From Eledone cirrhosa (lineage: Eukaryota), in NCBI GenBank assembly GCA_964016885.1, contig OZ024742.1, positions 335,110,001 to 335,174,000 on the forward strand: DNA of 64,000 bases. Direction: 5' to 3'. Made by a program: the position numbers and the translations under genes. Shown here piece after piece: positions 25,741 to 44,414 of the stretch. The stretch's first letter is position 1. Every line of letters begins with the position of its first letter. The notes under the pieces were generated by a model that saw only the letters and a list, made by a program, of their open reading frames with translations, searched no databases and was not told where the DNA came from.

Positions 25741-28700
25741 AATACCGCCACCAATAGCACCACCAATACCACCACTAATACTACCACTAATACCACCACC
25801 AATACCACCACTAATACCACCACCAATACCAACACTAATACAACCACCAATACCACCCCTAATACCACCACCAACACCACCACTAATACCACCACTAATA
25901 CCACCACCAATACCACCACTAATACCACCACTAATACCACCACCAATACCACCACTAATACCACAACTAATACCACCACTAATACCACCACTAATACCAC
26001 CTACAATACCGCCACCAATAGCACCACTAATACCACCACTAATACCACCACCAATACCACCACTAATACTACCACTAATACCACCACCAATACCACCACT
26101 AATACCACCACCAATACCAACACTAATACCACCACCAATACCACCACTAATACCACCACTATAACCACCACTAATACCACCACTGATACCACCACTAATA
26201 CCACCACTGATACCACCACTAATACCACCACTAATACCACCACTAATATCACCACTATTACCACCACCAATACAAGCACGAATACCACCACTAATACAAC
26301 CACTAATACCACCACTAAAACCACCACTAATACAGCCATCAATACCACCACCAATACCACCACCAATACCACCACTAATACCACCACCAATACCACCACT
26401 AATACCACCACTAATACCACCACCAATACCACCACTAATACCACAACTAATACCACCACTAATACCACCACTACTACCACCACCAATACCGCCACCAATA
26501 GCACCACTAATACCACCACTAATACCACCACCAATACCACCACTAATACTACCACTAATACCACCACCAATACCACCACTAATACCACCACCAATACCAA
26601 CACTAATACAACCACCAATACCACCCCTAATACCACCACCAATACCACCACTAATACCACCACTAATACTGCCACCAATACCACCACTAATACCACCACT
26701 AATGCCACCACTAATACCACCACTAATACCACCATCAATACCACCACTGATACCACCACCAATACCACCACTAATACCAGCACTAATACCACTACTAATA
26801 CCACAACTAATACCACCACCAATACGACCACTAATACCACCACCAACACTAATACAATCACTAATACCACACCTAATACCACCACATATACCACCTCTAA
26901 TACCACCACTAATACCACCACTAATACCACCACTAATACCACCACCAATACGACCACTAATACCACCACCATTACCACCACCAGTACCACCACCAATACC
27001 ACCACTAATACCACCACTAAAACCACCACTAATACCACCACTAATACCACCACTAATACCACCACTAATACCACCACTAATACCACCCTAATACCACCAT
27101 CAATACCACCACTAATACCACCACTAAAACCACCACTAATACCACCACTAATACCACCACTAATACCACCAATAATACCACCAATGATACCACCACTAAT
27201 ACCAGCACCAATACCAGCACTAATACCATCACGAAAGCCACCACTAATACCACCACTAATACCACCACTAATACCACCACTAATACCACCACTAATATCA
27301 CCACCAATACCAGCACTAATACCACCACTAATAACACCACTAATTCCACCACTAATACCACCACTAATACCACCACTAAAACCACCACTAATACCACCAC
27401 CAATACCAGCACTAATAGCACCACTAATACCACCACTAATACCACCACCAATACCAGCACTAATACCATCACTAATACCACCACTAATACCACCACCCAT
27501 ACCAGCACTAATACCACCACTAATACCACCACTAATACCACCACTAATACCACCACTAATACCACCACTAATACAAACACTAATACCACCACTAATACCA
27601 CCACCAATACCAGCACTAATACCACCACTAAAACCAGCACTAATACCACTACTAATACCACCATTAAAACCACCACTAATACCACCACTAATACCACAAC
27701 CAATACCAGCACTAATACCACCACTAAAACCACCACTAATACCACCACTAATACCACCACTAATACCAACACTAATACCACCCTAATACCACCATCAATA
27801 CCACCACTAATACCACCACTAAAACCACCACTAATACCACCACTAATACCACCACTAATACCACCAATAATACCACCAATGATACCACCACTAATACCAC
27901 CACCAATACCAGCACTAATACCATCACTAAAACCACCACTAATACCACCACTAATACCACCAATAATACCACCATTAATACCACCACCAATACCAGCACT
28001 AATACCACCACTAATAACACCACTAATTCCACCACTAATACCACCACTAATACCACCACTAAAACCACCACTAATACCACCACCAATATCAGCACTAATA
28101 GCACCACTAATACCACCACTAATACCACCACCAATACCAGCACTAATACCACCACTAATACCACCACTAATACCACCACCCATACCAGCACTAATACCAC
28201 CACTAATACCACCACTAATACCACCACTAATACCACCACTAATACCACCACTAATACAAACACTAATACCACCACTAATACCACCACCAATACCACCACC
28301 AATACCAGCACTAATACCACCACTAAAACCACCACTAATACCACTACTAATACCACCACTAATAACACCATTAAAACCACCACTAATACCACCACTAATA
28401 CCAAAACCAATACCAGCACTAATACCACCACTAAAACCACTACTAATACCACCACTAATACCACCACTAATACCACCACTAATACCGCCACCAATAGCAC
28501 CACCAATACCACCACTAATACTACCACTAATACCACCACCAATACCACAACTAATACCACCACCAATACCAACACTAATACAACCACCAATACCACCCCT
28601 AATACCACCACCAATACCACCACTAATACCACCACTAATACCACCACCAATACCACCACTAATACCACCACTAATACCACCACCAATACCACCACTAATA

Positions 28701-31226
28701 CCACAACTAATACCACCACTAATACCACCACTAATACCACCACCAATACCGCCACCAATAGCACCACTAATACCACCACTAATACCACCACCAATACCAC
28801 CACTAATACTACCACTAATACCACCACCAATACCACCACTAATACCACCACCAATACCAACACTAATACCACCACCAATACCACCACTAATACCACCACT
28901 ATAACCACCACTAATACCACCACTGATACCACCACTAATACCACCACTGATACCACCACTAATACCACCACTAATACCACCACTAATACCACCACTATTA
29001 CCACCACCAATACAAGCACGAATACCACCACTAATACAACCACTAATACCACCACTAAAACCACCACTAATACAGCCATCAATACCACCACCAATACCAC
29101 CACCAATACCACCACTAATACCACCACCAATACCACCACTAATACCACCACTAATACCACCACCAATACCACCACTAATACCACAACTAATACCACCACT
29201 AATACCACCACTAATACCACCACCAATACCGCCACCAATAGCACCACTAATACCACCACTAATACCACCACCAATACCACCACTAATACTACCACTAATA
29301 CCACCACCAATACCACCACTAATACCACCACCAATACCAACACTAATACAACCACCAATACCACCCCTAATACCACCATCAATACCACCACTAATACCAC
29401 CACTAATACTGCCACCAATACCACCACTAATACCACCACTAATGCCACCACTAATACCACCACTAATACCACCATCAATACCACCACTGATACCACCACC
29501 AATACCACCACTAATACCAGCACTAATACCACTACTAATACCACAACTAATACCACCACCAATACGACCACTAATACCACCACCAACACTAATACAATCA
29601 CTAATACCACACCTAATACCACCACATATACCACCTCTAATACCACCACTAATACCACCACTAATACCACCACTAATACCACCACCAATACGACCACTAA
29701 TACCACCACCATTACCACCACCAGTACCACCACCAATACCACCACTAATACCACCACTAAAACCACCACTAATACCACCACTAATACCACCACTAATACC
29801 ACCACTAATACCACCACTAATACCACCCTAATACCACCATCAATACCACCACTAATACCACCACTAAAACCACCACTAATACCACCACTAATACCACCAC
29901 TAATACCACCAATAATACCACCAATGATACCACCACTAATACCACCACCAATACCAGCACTAATACCATCACGAAAGCCACCACTAATACCACCACTAAT
30001 ACCACCACTAATACCACCACTAATACCACCACTAATATCACCACCAATACCAGCACTAATACCACCACTAATAACACCACTAATTCCACCACTAATACCA
30101 CCACTAATACCACCACTAAAACCACCACTAATACCACCACCAATACCAGCACTAATAGCACCACTAATACCACCACTAATACCACCACCAATACCAGCAC
30201 TAATACCATCACTAATACCACCACTAATACCACCACCCATACCAGCACTAATACCACCACTAATACCACCACTAATACCACCACTAATACCACCACTAAT
30301 ACCACCACTAATACAAACACTAATACCACCACTAATACCACCACCAATACCAGCACTAATACCACCACTAAAACCAGCACTAATACCACTACTAATACCA
30401 CCATTAAAACCACCACTAATACCACCACTAATACCACAACCAATACCAGCACTAATACCACCACTAAAACCACCACTAATACCACCACTAATACCACCAC
30501 TAATACCAACACTAATACCACCCTAATACCACCATCAATACCACCACTAATACCACCACTAAAACCACCACTAATACCACCACTAATACCACCACTAATA
30601 CCACCAATAATACCACCAATGATACCACCACTAATACCACCACCAATACCAGCACTAATACCATCACTAAAACCACCACTAATACCACCACTAATACCAC
30701 CAATAATACCACCATTAATACCACCACCAATACCAGCACTAATACCACCACTAATAACACCACTAATTCCACCACTAATACCACCACTAATACCACCACT
30801 AAAACCACCACTAATACCACCACCAATATCAGCACTAATAGCACCACTAATACCACCACTAATACCACCACCAATACCAGCACTAATACCACCACTAATA
30901 CCACCACTAATACCACCACCCATACCAGCACTAATACCACCACTAATACCACCACTAATACCACCACTAATACCACCACTAATACCACCACTAATACAAA
31001 CACTAATACCACCACTAATACCACCACCAATACCACCACCAATACCAGCACTAATACCACCACTAAAACCACCACTAATACCACTACTAATACCACCACT
31101 AATAACACCATTAAAACCACCACTAATACCACCACTAATACCAAAACCAATACCAGCACTAATACCACCACTAAAACCACTACTAATACCACCACTAATA
31201 CCACCACTAATACCACCACTAATACC
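25741..31226. repeat. Higher-order repeat, 2 x 2,740 bp
   Basis: Variant patterns and ORF-track entries recur at exactly +2740 (26702/29442, 27184/29924, 27879/30619). Confidence 0.9.
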
Positions 31227-34200
31227 ATAACTAATACCACCACCAATACCAGCACTAATACCACCACTAAAACCACCACTAATACCAGCACTAATACCAG
31301 CACTAATACCAGCACTAATACCACCACTAAAACCACCACTAACACGACCACTGATACCACCACTAATACCACCACTGATACCACCACTAATACCACCACT
31401 AATACCACCACTAAAACCACCACTATTACCACCACCAATACCAGCACGAATACCACCACTAATACCACCACTAATACCACCACTAAAACCACCACTAATA
31501 CAGCCATCAATACCACCACCAATACCACCACCAATACCACCACTAATACCACCACTAAAAAGCTCACTAATACCACCACTAATACCACCTCCAATACCAC
31601 CACCAATACCACCACTAATACCAGCACTAATACCAACACCAATACCACCACCAATACTACCACTGATACCACCACAAAGTACGACCACTAATACCACCAC
31701 TAATACCCCCACTAATAACACCACTAATACTACCACTAATACCACCACTCATACCACCACCAATACCACCACTAATACCACCACTAATACCACATCCAAT
31801 ACCACCACTAATACCACCACTAATACCACCACTAATACCATCACTAATACCACCACTAATACCACCACCAATACCACCACTAATACCACCACTAATACCA
31901 CCACCAATACCACCTCAAATACCACCACTAATACCACCACTAATAAGACCACTGATACCACCACTGATACCACTACTAAACAACCACTAATATCACCACC
32001 AATGCCACCACTAATACCACCACTAATACCACCACCAATACCACCACTAATACCACCACTAATACCACCACTAATAAGACCACTGATACCACCACTGATA
32101 CCACTACTAAACAACCACTATTATCACCACCAATGCCACCACCAATAGCACCACCAATACCAACACTAATACAACCACCAATACCACCCCTAATACCACC
32201 ACTAATACCACCACTAATACCACCACCAATACCGCCACCAATACCACCACTAACACCACCACTAATACCACCACCAATACCACCACTAATACTACCACTA
32301 GTACCACCACCAATACCACCACTAATACCACCACCAATACCAACACTAATACAACCACCAATACCACTCCTAATATTACCACCAATTACACCACTAATAC
32401 CACCACTAATACTACCACCAATACCACCACTAATAACACCACTAATTCCACCACTAATCCCACCACTAATACCATCACTAAAACCACCACTAATAGCACC
32501 ACCAATACCAGCACTAATAGCACCACTAATACCACGACTAATACCACCACCAATACCAGCACTAATACCACCACTAATACCACCACTAATACCACCACCC
32601 ATACCAGCACTAATACCACCACTAAAACCACCACTAATACCACCACTAATACCACCACTAATACCACCACTAATACCACCACTAATACCACAACTAATAC
32701 CACCACCAATACCACCACCAATACCACCACCAATACCACCACTAATACCACCACTATAACCACCACTAATACCACCACTGATACCACCACTAATACCACT
32801 ACTGATACCACCACTAATACCACCACTAATACCACCACTAATACCACCACTATTACCACCACCAATACCAGCACGAATACCACCACTAATACCACCACTA
32901 ATACCACCACTAAAACCACCACTAATACAGCCATCAATACCACAACCAATACCACCACCAATACCACCACTAATACCACCACTAAAAACATCACTAATAC
33001 CACCAATAATACAACCTCCAGTACCACCACCAATACCACCACTAATACCAGCACTAATACCAACACCAATACCACCACCAATACTATCACTGATACCACC
33101 ACTAGTACGACCACTAATACCACCACTAATACCCACACTAATAACACCACTAATACTATCACTAATACCACCACTTATACCACCACCAATACCACCACTA
33201 ATACCACCACTAATACCACAGCCAATACCACCACTAATACCACCACTAATACCACCACTAATACCATCACTAATACCACCACTAATACCACCACCAATAC
33301 CACCACTAATACCACCACTAATACCACCACTAATAACACCACTGATACCATCACTGATACCACCACTGATACCACTACTAATACAACCACTAATATCACC
33401 ACCAATGCCACCACTAATAGCACCACTAATACCACCATCAATACCACCACCATACCACCATCAATATCACCACCAATAGCACCACCAATACCAACACTAA
33501 TACAACCACCAATACCACCCCTAATACCACCACCAATACCACCACTAATACCACCACTAATACCACCACCAATACCACCACTAATACCACAACTAATACC
33601 ACCACTAATACCACCACTAATACCACCACCAATACCGGCACCAATACCACCACTAATACCACCACTAATACCACCACCAATACCACCACTAATACTACCA
33701 CTAATACCACCACCAATACCACCACTAATACCACCACCAATACCAACACTAATACAACCACCAATACCACCCCTAATACCACCAACAATACCACCACTAA
33801 TACCACCACTAATACTACCATCAATACCACCACTAATACCACCACTAATGCCACCACTAATACCACCACTAATACCACCATCAATACCACCACCAATACC
33901 ACCACTAATACCACCACCAATACCAATACTAATACAACCACCAATACCACCCCTAATACCACCACCAATAACACCACTAATACCACCACTAATACCACCA
34001 CCAATACGACCACTAATACGACCACTAATACGACCACTAATGCCATCACTAATACCACCACTAATACCACCATCAATACCACCACTAATACCACCACCAA
34101 TACCACCACTAATACCAACACTAATACCACTACTAATACCACCACTAATACCACCACCAATACGACCACTAATACCACCACCAACACTAATACAACCACT

Positions 34201-37200
34201 AATACCACACCTAATACCACCACATATACCACCTCTAATACCACCACTAATACCACCACTAATACCACCACTAATACCACCACTGATACCACCACTAAGA
34301 CCACCACCAATACCACCACCAATACGACCACTAATAACACCACCATTACCACCACCAGTTCCACCACCAATACCACTACTAATACCACCACTAAAACCAC
34401 CACTATTACCACCACTAATACCACCACTAATACCACCACTAATACCACCACTAATACCACCCTAATACCACCATCAATACCACCACTAATACCACCACTA
34501 AAACCACCACTAATACCACCAATAATACCACCACTAATACCACCAATAATACCACCAATGATACCACCACTAATACCACCACCAATACCAGCACTAATAC
34601 CATCACGAAAACCACCACTAATACCACCACTAATACCACCACTAATACCACCACTAATACCACCACCAATACCAGCACTAATACCACCACTAATAACACC
34701 ACTAATTCCACCACTAATACCACCACTAATACCACCACTAAAACCACCACTAATACCACCATCAATACCAGCACTAATAGCACCACTAATACCACCACTA
34801 ATACCACCACCAATACCAGCACTAATACCACCACTAATACCACCACTAATACCACCACCCATACCAGCACTAATACCACCACTAATACCACCACTAATAC
34901 CACCACTAATACCACCACTAATACCACCACTAATACAAACACTAATACCACCACTAATACCACGACCAATACCAGCACTAATACCACCACTAAAACCACC
35001 ACTAATTCCACCACTAATACCACCACTAATACCACCACTAATACCACCACTAATACCACCCTAATACCACCATCAATACCACCACTAATACCACCACTAA
35101 AACCACCACTAATACCACCACTAATACCACCACTAATACCACCAATAATACCACCAATGATACCACCACTAATACCACCACCAATACCAGCACTAATACC
35201 ATCACTAAAACCACCACTAATACCACCACTAATACCACCACTAATACCACCATTAATACCACCACCAATACCAGCACTAATACCACCACTAATTCCACCA
35301 CTAATACCACCACTAATACCACCACTAAAACCACCACTAATACCACCACCAATACCAGCACTAATACCACCACTAATACCACCACTAATACCACCACCCA
35401 TACCAGCACTAATACCAGCACTAATACCACCGCTAATACCACCACTAATACCACCACTAATACCACCACTAATACAAACACTAATACCACCACTAATACC
35501 ACCACCAATACCACCACCAATACCAGCACTAATACCACCAGTAAAACCACCACTAATACCACTACTAATACCACCACTAATACCACCATTAAAACCACCA
35601 CTAATACCACCACTAAAACCACCACTAATACCACCACTAAAACCACCACTTATACCACCACTAATACCACCACTAATACCATAACTAATACCACCACCAA
35701 TACCAGCTCTAATACTACCACTAAAACCAGCACTAATACCAGCACTAATACCAGCACTAATACCAGCACTAATACCACCACCAAAACCACCACTAATACC
35801 ACCACCAATACCACCACCAATACCACCACTAATACCACCACTAAAACCACCACTAACACGACCACTGATACCACCACTAATACCACCACTGATACCACCA
35901 CTAATACCACCACTAATACCACCACTAAAACCACCACTATTGCCCACCACCAATACCAGCACGAATACCACCACTAATACCACCACTAATACCACCACTA
36001 AAACCACCACTAATACAGCCATCAATACCACCTCCAATACCACCACCAATACCACCACTAATACCAGCACTAATACCAACACCAATACCACCACCAATAC
36101 TACCACTGATACTACCACTAGTACGACCACTAATACCACCACTAATACCCCCACTAATAACACCACTAATACTACCACTAATACCACCACTTATACCACC
36201 ACCAATACCACCACTAATACCACCACTAATACCACATCCAATACCACCACTAATACCACCACTAATACCACCACTAATACCATCACTAATACCACCACTA
36301 ATACCACCACCAATACCACCACTAATACCACCACTAATACCACCACCAATACCACCACTAATACCACCACTAATACCACCACTAATAAGGCCACTGATAC
36401 CACCACTGATACCACCACTGATACCACTACTAATACAACCACTAATATCACCACTAATACCACCACTAATAGCACCACTAATACCACCATCAATACCACC
36501 ACCATACCACCATCAATATCACCACCAATAGCACCACCAATACCAACACTAATACAACCACCAATACCACCCCTAATACCACCACTAATACCACCACTAA
36601 TACCACCACCAATACCGCCACCAATACCACCACTAATACCACCACTAATACCACCACCAATACCACCACTAATACTACCACTAATACCACCACCAATACC
36701 ACCACTAATACCACCACCAATACCAACACTAATACAACCACCAATACCACTCCTAATATTACCACCAATACCACCACTAATACCACCACTAATACTACCA
36801 CCACTAAAACCACCACTAATAGCACCACCAATACCAGCACTAATAGCACCACTAATACCACCACTAATACCACCACCAATACCAGCACTAATACCACCAC
36901 TAATACCACCACTAATACCAGCACCCATACCAGCACTAATACCACCACTAAAACCACCACTAATACCACCACTAATACCACCACTATTACCACCACTAAT
37001 ACCACCACTAATACCACCACTAATACAAGCACTAATACCACCACTAATACCACCACTAATACCACCACCAATACCACCACTAATACCACCACTAAAACCA
37101 CCACTAATACCACCACCAATACCACCACCAATACCACCACTAATACCACCACTATAACAACCACTAATACCACCACTGATACCACCACTAATACCCCCAT

Positions 37201-40200
37201 TGATACCACCACTAATACCACCACTAATGCCACCACTAATAACACCACTATTACCACCACCAATACCAGCACGAATACCACCACTAATACCACCACTAAT
37301 ACCACCACTAAAACCACCACTAATACAGCCATCAATACCACCACCAATACCACCACCAATACCACCACTAGTACCACCACTAAAAACATCACTAATACCA
37401 CCACTAATACCACCTCCAATACCACCACCAATACCACCACTAATACCAGCACTAATAACAACACCAATACCACCACCAATACTATCACTAATACCACCAC
37501 TAGTACGACCACTAATACCACCACTAATACCCACACTAATAACACCACTAATACTACCACTAATACCACCACTTATACCAACACCAATACCACCACTAAT
37601 ACCACCACTAATACCACATCCAATACCACCACTAATACCACCACTAATACCACCACTAATACCATCACTAATACCACCACTAATACCACCACCAATACCA
37701 CCACTAATACCACCACAATACCAACACTAATAAGACCACTGATACCATCACTGATACCACCACTGATACCACTACTAATACAACCACTAATATCACCACC
37801 AATACCACCACTAATAGCACCACTAATACCACCATCAATACCACCACCATACCACCATCAATATCACCACCAATAGCACCACCAATACCACCACTAATAC
37901 TACCACTAATACCACCACCAATACCACCACTAATACCACCACCAATACCAACACTAATACAACCACCAATACCACCCCTAATACCACCACCAATACCACC
38001 ACTAATACCACCACTAATACTACCACCAATACCACTAATACCACCACTAATGCCACCACTAATACCACCAATAATACCACCATCAATACCACCACTAATA
38101 CCACCACCAATACCACCACTAATACCACCACCAATACCAACACTAATACAACCACCAATACCACCCCTAATACCACCACCAATAACACCACTAATACCAC
38201 CACTAATACCACCACCAATACGACCACTAATACGACCACTAATACGACCACTAATGCCATCACTAATACCACCACTAATACCACCATCAATACCACCACT
38301 AATACCACCACCAATACCACCACTAATACCAACACTAATACCACTACTAATACCACCACTAATACCACCACCAATACGACCACTAATACCACCACCAACA
38401 CTAATACAACCACTAATACCACACCTAATACCACCACATATACCACCTCTAATACCACCACTAATACCACCACTGATACCACCACTGATACCACCACTAA
38501 GACCACCACCAATACCACCACCAATACGACCACTAATACCACCACCATTACCACCACCAGTACCACCACCAATACCACCACTAATACCACCACTAAAACC
38601 ACCACTAATACCACCACTAATACCACCACTAATACCACCACTAATACCACCACTAATACCACCCTAATACCACCATCAATAGCACCACTAATACCACCAC
38701 TAAAACACCACTAATACCACCACTAATACCACCACTAATACCACCAATAATACCACCAATTATACCACCACTAATACCACCACCAATACCAGCACTAATA
38801 CCATCACTAAAACCACCACTAATACCACCACTAATACCACCACTAATACCACCACTAATACCACCACCAATACCAGCACTAATACCACCACTAATAACAC
38901 CACTAATTCCACCACTAATACCACCACTAATACCACCACTAAAACCACCACTAATACCACCACCAATACCAGCACTAATAGCACCACTAATACCACCACT
39001 AATACCACCACCAATACCAGCACTAATACCACCACTAATACCAGCACTAATACCACCACCCATACCAGCACTAATACCACCACTAATACCACCACTAATA
39101 CCACCACTAATACCACCACTAATACCACCACTAATACAAACACTAATACCACCACTAATACCACCACCAATACCAGCACTAATACCACCACTAAAACCAC
39201 CACTAATACCACTACTAATACCACCACTAATACCACCATAAAAACCACCACTAATACCACCACTAATACCACAACCAATACCAGCACTAATACCACCACT
39301 AAAACCACCACTAATACCACCACTAATACCACCACTAATACCACCGTTAATACCACCACTAATACCACCCTAATACCACCATCAATACCACCACTAATAC
39401 CACCACTAAAACCACCACTAATACCACCACTAATACCACCACTAATACCACCAATAATACCACCAATGATACCACCACAAATACCACCACCAATACCAGC
39501 ACTAATACCATCACTAAAACCACCACTAATACCACCACTAATACCACCACTAATACCACCACTAATACCACCACCAATACCAGCACTAATACCACCACTA
39601 ATAACACCACTAATTCCACCACTAATACCACCACTAATACCACCACTAAAACCACCACTAATACCACCACCAATACCAGCACTAATAGCACCACTAATAC
39701 CACCACTAATACCACCACCAATACCAGCACTAATACCACCACTAATACCACCACTAATACCACCACCCATATCAGCACTAATACCACCACTATAACCACC
39801 ACTAATACCACCACTAATACCACCACTAATACCACCACTAATACAAACACTAATACCACCACTAATACCACCACTAATACCACAACCAATACCAGCACTA
39901 ATAGCACCACTAAAACCACTACTAATACCACTACTAATACCACCACTAATACCACCACTAATACCACCACTAATACCATAACTAATACCACCACCAGTAC
40001 CAGCACTAATACCACCACTAAAACCACCACTAATACCAGCACTAATACCAGCACTAATACCAGCACTAATACCAGCACTAATACCACCACTAAAACCACC
40101 ACTAATACCACCACCAATACCACCACCAATACCACCACTAATACCACCACTAAAACCACCACTAACAAGATGACTGATACCACCACTAATACCACCACTG

Positions 40201-43200
40201 ATACCACCACTAATACCACCACTAATACCACCACTAAAACCACCACTAATACAGCCATCAATACCACCACCAATACCACCACCAATACCACTACTAATAC
40301 CACCACTAAAAACCTCACTAATACCACCACTAATACCACCTCCAATACCACCACTAATACCACCACTAAAACCACCACTAATACCACCACTAATACCACC
40401 ACAAATACCACCAATAATACCACCAATCATACCACCACTAATACCACCACCAATACCAGCACTAATACCATCACTAAAACCACCACTAATACCACCACTA
40501 ATACCACCACTAATACCACCACTAATACCACCACCAATACCAGCACTAATACCACCACTAATAACACCACTAATTCCACCACTAATACCACCACTAATAC
40601 CACCACTATAACCACCACTAATACCACCACCAATACCAGCACTAATAGCACCACTAATACCACCACTAATACCACCACCAATACCAGCACTAATACCACC
40701 ACTAATACCACCACTAATACCACCACCCATACAAGCACTAATACCACCACTAATACCACCACTAATACCACCACTAATACCACCACTAATACCACCACTA
40801 ATACAAACACTATTACCACCACTAATACCACCACCAATACCAGCACTAATCCCACCACTAAAACCACCACTAATACCACTACTAATACCACCACTAATAC
40901 CACCATTAAAACCACCACTAATACCACCACTAATACCACAACCAATACCAGCACTAATACCACCACTAAAACCACCACTAATACCACCACTAATACCACC
41001 ACTAATACCACCACTAATACCACCACTAATACCACCCTAATACCACCATCAATACCACCACTAATACCACCACTAAAACCACCACTAATACCACCACTAA
41101 TACCACCACTAATACCACCAATAATACCACCAATGATACCACCACTAATACCACCACCAATACCAGCACTAATACCATCACTAAAACCACCACTAATACC
41201 ACCACTAATACCACCACTAATACCACCACTAATACCACCACCAATACCACCACTAATACCACCACTAATAACACCACTAATTCCACCACTAATACCACCA
41301 CTAATACCACCACTAAAACCACCACTAATACCACCACCAATACCAGCACTAATAGCACCACTAATACCACCACTAATACCACCACCAATACCAGCACTAA
41401 TACCACCACTAATACCACCACTAATACCACCACCCATATCAGCACTAATACCACCACTAATACCACCACTAATACCACCACTAATACCACCACTAATACA
41501 AACACTAATACCACCACTAATACCACCACTAATACCACAACCAATACCAGCACTAATACCACCACTAAAACCACTACTAATACCACCACTAATACCACCA
41601 CTAATACCACCACTAAAACCACCACTAATACCACCACTAAAACCACCACTAATAGCACCACTAATACCACCACTAATACCATAACTAATACCACCACCAG
41701 TACCAGCACTAATACCACCACTAAAACCACCACTAATACCAGCACTAATACCAGCACTAATACCAGCACTAATACCACCACTAAAACCACCACTAATACC
41801 ACCACCAATACCACCACCAATACCACCACTAATACCACCACTAAAACCACCACTAACAAGACCACTGATACCACCACTAATTCCACCACTGATACCACCA
41901 CTAATACCACCACTAATACCACCACTAAAACCACCACTAATACAGCCATCAATACCACCACCAATACCACCACCAATACAACCACTAATACCACCACTAA
42001 AAACCTCACTAATACCACCACTAATACCACCTCCAATACCACCACTAATACCACCACTAAAACCACCACTAATACCACCACTAATACCACCACTAATACC
42101 ACAAATAATACCACCAATGATACCACCACTAATACCAGCACCAATACCAGCACTAATACCATCACTAAAACCACCACTAATACCACCACTAATACCACCA
42201 CTAATACCACCACTAATACCACCACCAATACCAGCACTAATACCACCACTAATAACACCACTAATTCCACCACTAATACCACCACTAATACCACCACTAA
42301 AACCACCACTAATACCACCACCAATACCAGCACTAATAGCACCACTAATACCACCACTAATACCACTACCAATTCCAGCACTAATACCACCACTAATACC
42401 ACCACTAATACCACCACCCATACCAGCACTAATACCACCACTAATACCACCACTAATACCACCACTAATACCACCACTAATACAAACACTAATACCACCA
42501 CTAATACCACCACCAATACCAGCACTAATACCACCACTAAAACCACCACTAATACCACTACTAATACCACCACTAATACCACCACCAATACCAGCACTAA
42601 TACCACCACTAAAACCACCACTAATACCACCACTAATACCACCACTAATACCACCACTAATACCACCACTAATACCACCCTAATACCACCATTCAATACC
42701 ACCACTAATACCACCACTAAAACCACCACTAATACCACCACTAATACCACCACTAATACCACCAATAATACCACCAATGATACCACCACTAATACCACCA
42801 CCAATACCAGCACTAATACCATCACTAAAACCACCACTAATACCACCACTAATACCACCACTAATACCACCACTAATACCACCACCAATACCACCACTAA
42901 TACCACCACTAATAACACCACTAATTCCACCACTAATACCACCACTAATACCACCACTAAAACCACCACTAATACCACCACCAATACCAGCACTAATAGC
43001 ACCACTAATACCACCACTAATACCACCACCAATACCAGCACTAATACCACCACTAATACCACCACTAATACCACCACCCATATCAGCACTAATACCACCA
43101 CTAATACCACCACTAATACCACCACTAATACCACCACTAATACAAACACTAATACCACCACTAATACCACCACTAATACCACAACCAATACCAGCACTAA

Positions 43201-44414
43201 TACCACCACTAAAACCACTACTAATACCACCACTAATACCACCACTAATACCACCACTAAAACCACCACTAATAACACCACTAAAACCACCACTAATACC
43301 ACCACTAATACCACCACTAATACAATAACTAATACCACCACCAATACCAGCACTAATACCACCACTAAAACCACCACTAATACCAGCACTAATACCACCA
43401 CTAATACCACCACTAATACCACCACTAAAACAACCACTAATACCACCACTAAAATCACCACTAATACCACCACTAATACCACCACTAATACCATAACTAA
43501 TACCACCACCAATACCAGCACTAATACCACCACTAAAACCACCACTAATACCAGCACCAATACCACCACTAATACCACCACTAAAACCACCACTAACAAG
43601 ACCACTGATAACACCACTAATACCACCACTGATACCACCACTAATACCACCACTAATACCACCACTGAAACCACCACTAATACAGCCATCAATACCACCA
43701 CCAATACCACCACCAATACCACCACTAATACCACCACTAAAAACCTCACTAATACCACCACTAATACCACCCCCAATACCACCACCAATACCACCACTAA
43801 TACCAGCACTAATACCAACACCAATACCACCACCAATACTACCACTGATACCACCACTAGTACGACCACTAATACCACCACTAATACCCCCACTAATAAC
43901 ACCACTAATACTACTACTAATACCACCACTTATACCACCACCAATACCACCACTAATACCACCACTAATACCACCACCAATACCACCACTAATAACACCA
44001 CTAATACCACCACTAATAAGACCACTGATACCACCACTGATACCACCACTGATACCACTACTAATACAACCACTAATATCACCACCAATGCCACCACTAA
44101 TAGCACCACTAATACCACCATCAATACCACCACCATACCACCATCAACATCACCACCAATAGCACCACCAATACCAACACTAATACAACCACCAATACCA
44201 CCCCTAATACCACCACTAATACCACCAATAATACCACCACCAATACCGCCACCAATACCACCACTAATACCACCACTAATACCACCACCAATACCACCAC
44301 TAATACTACCACTAATACCACCACCAATACCACCACTAATACCACCACCAATACCAACACTAATACAACCACCAATACCACTGCTAATATTACCACCAAT
44401 ACCACCACTAATAC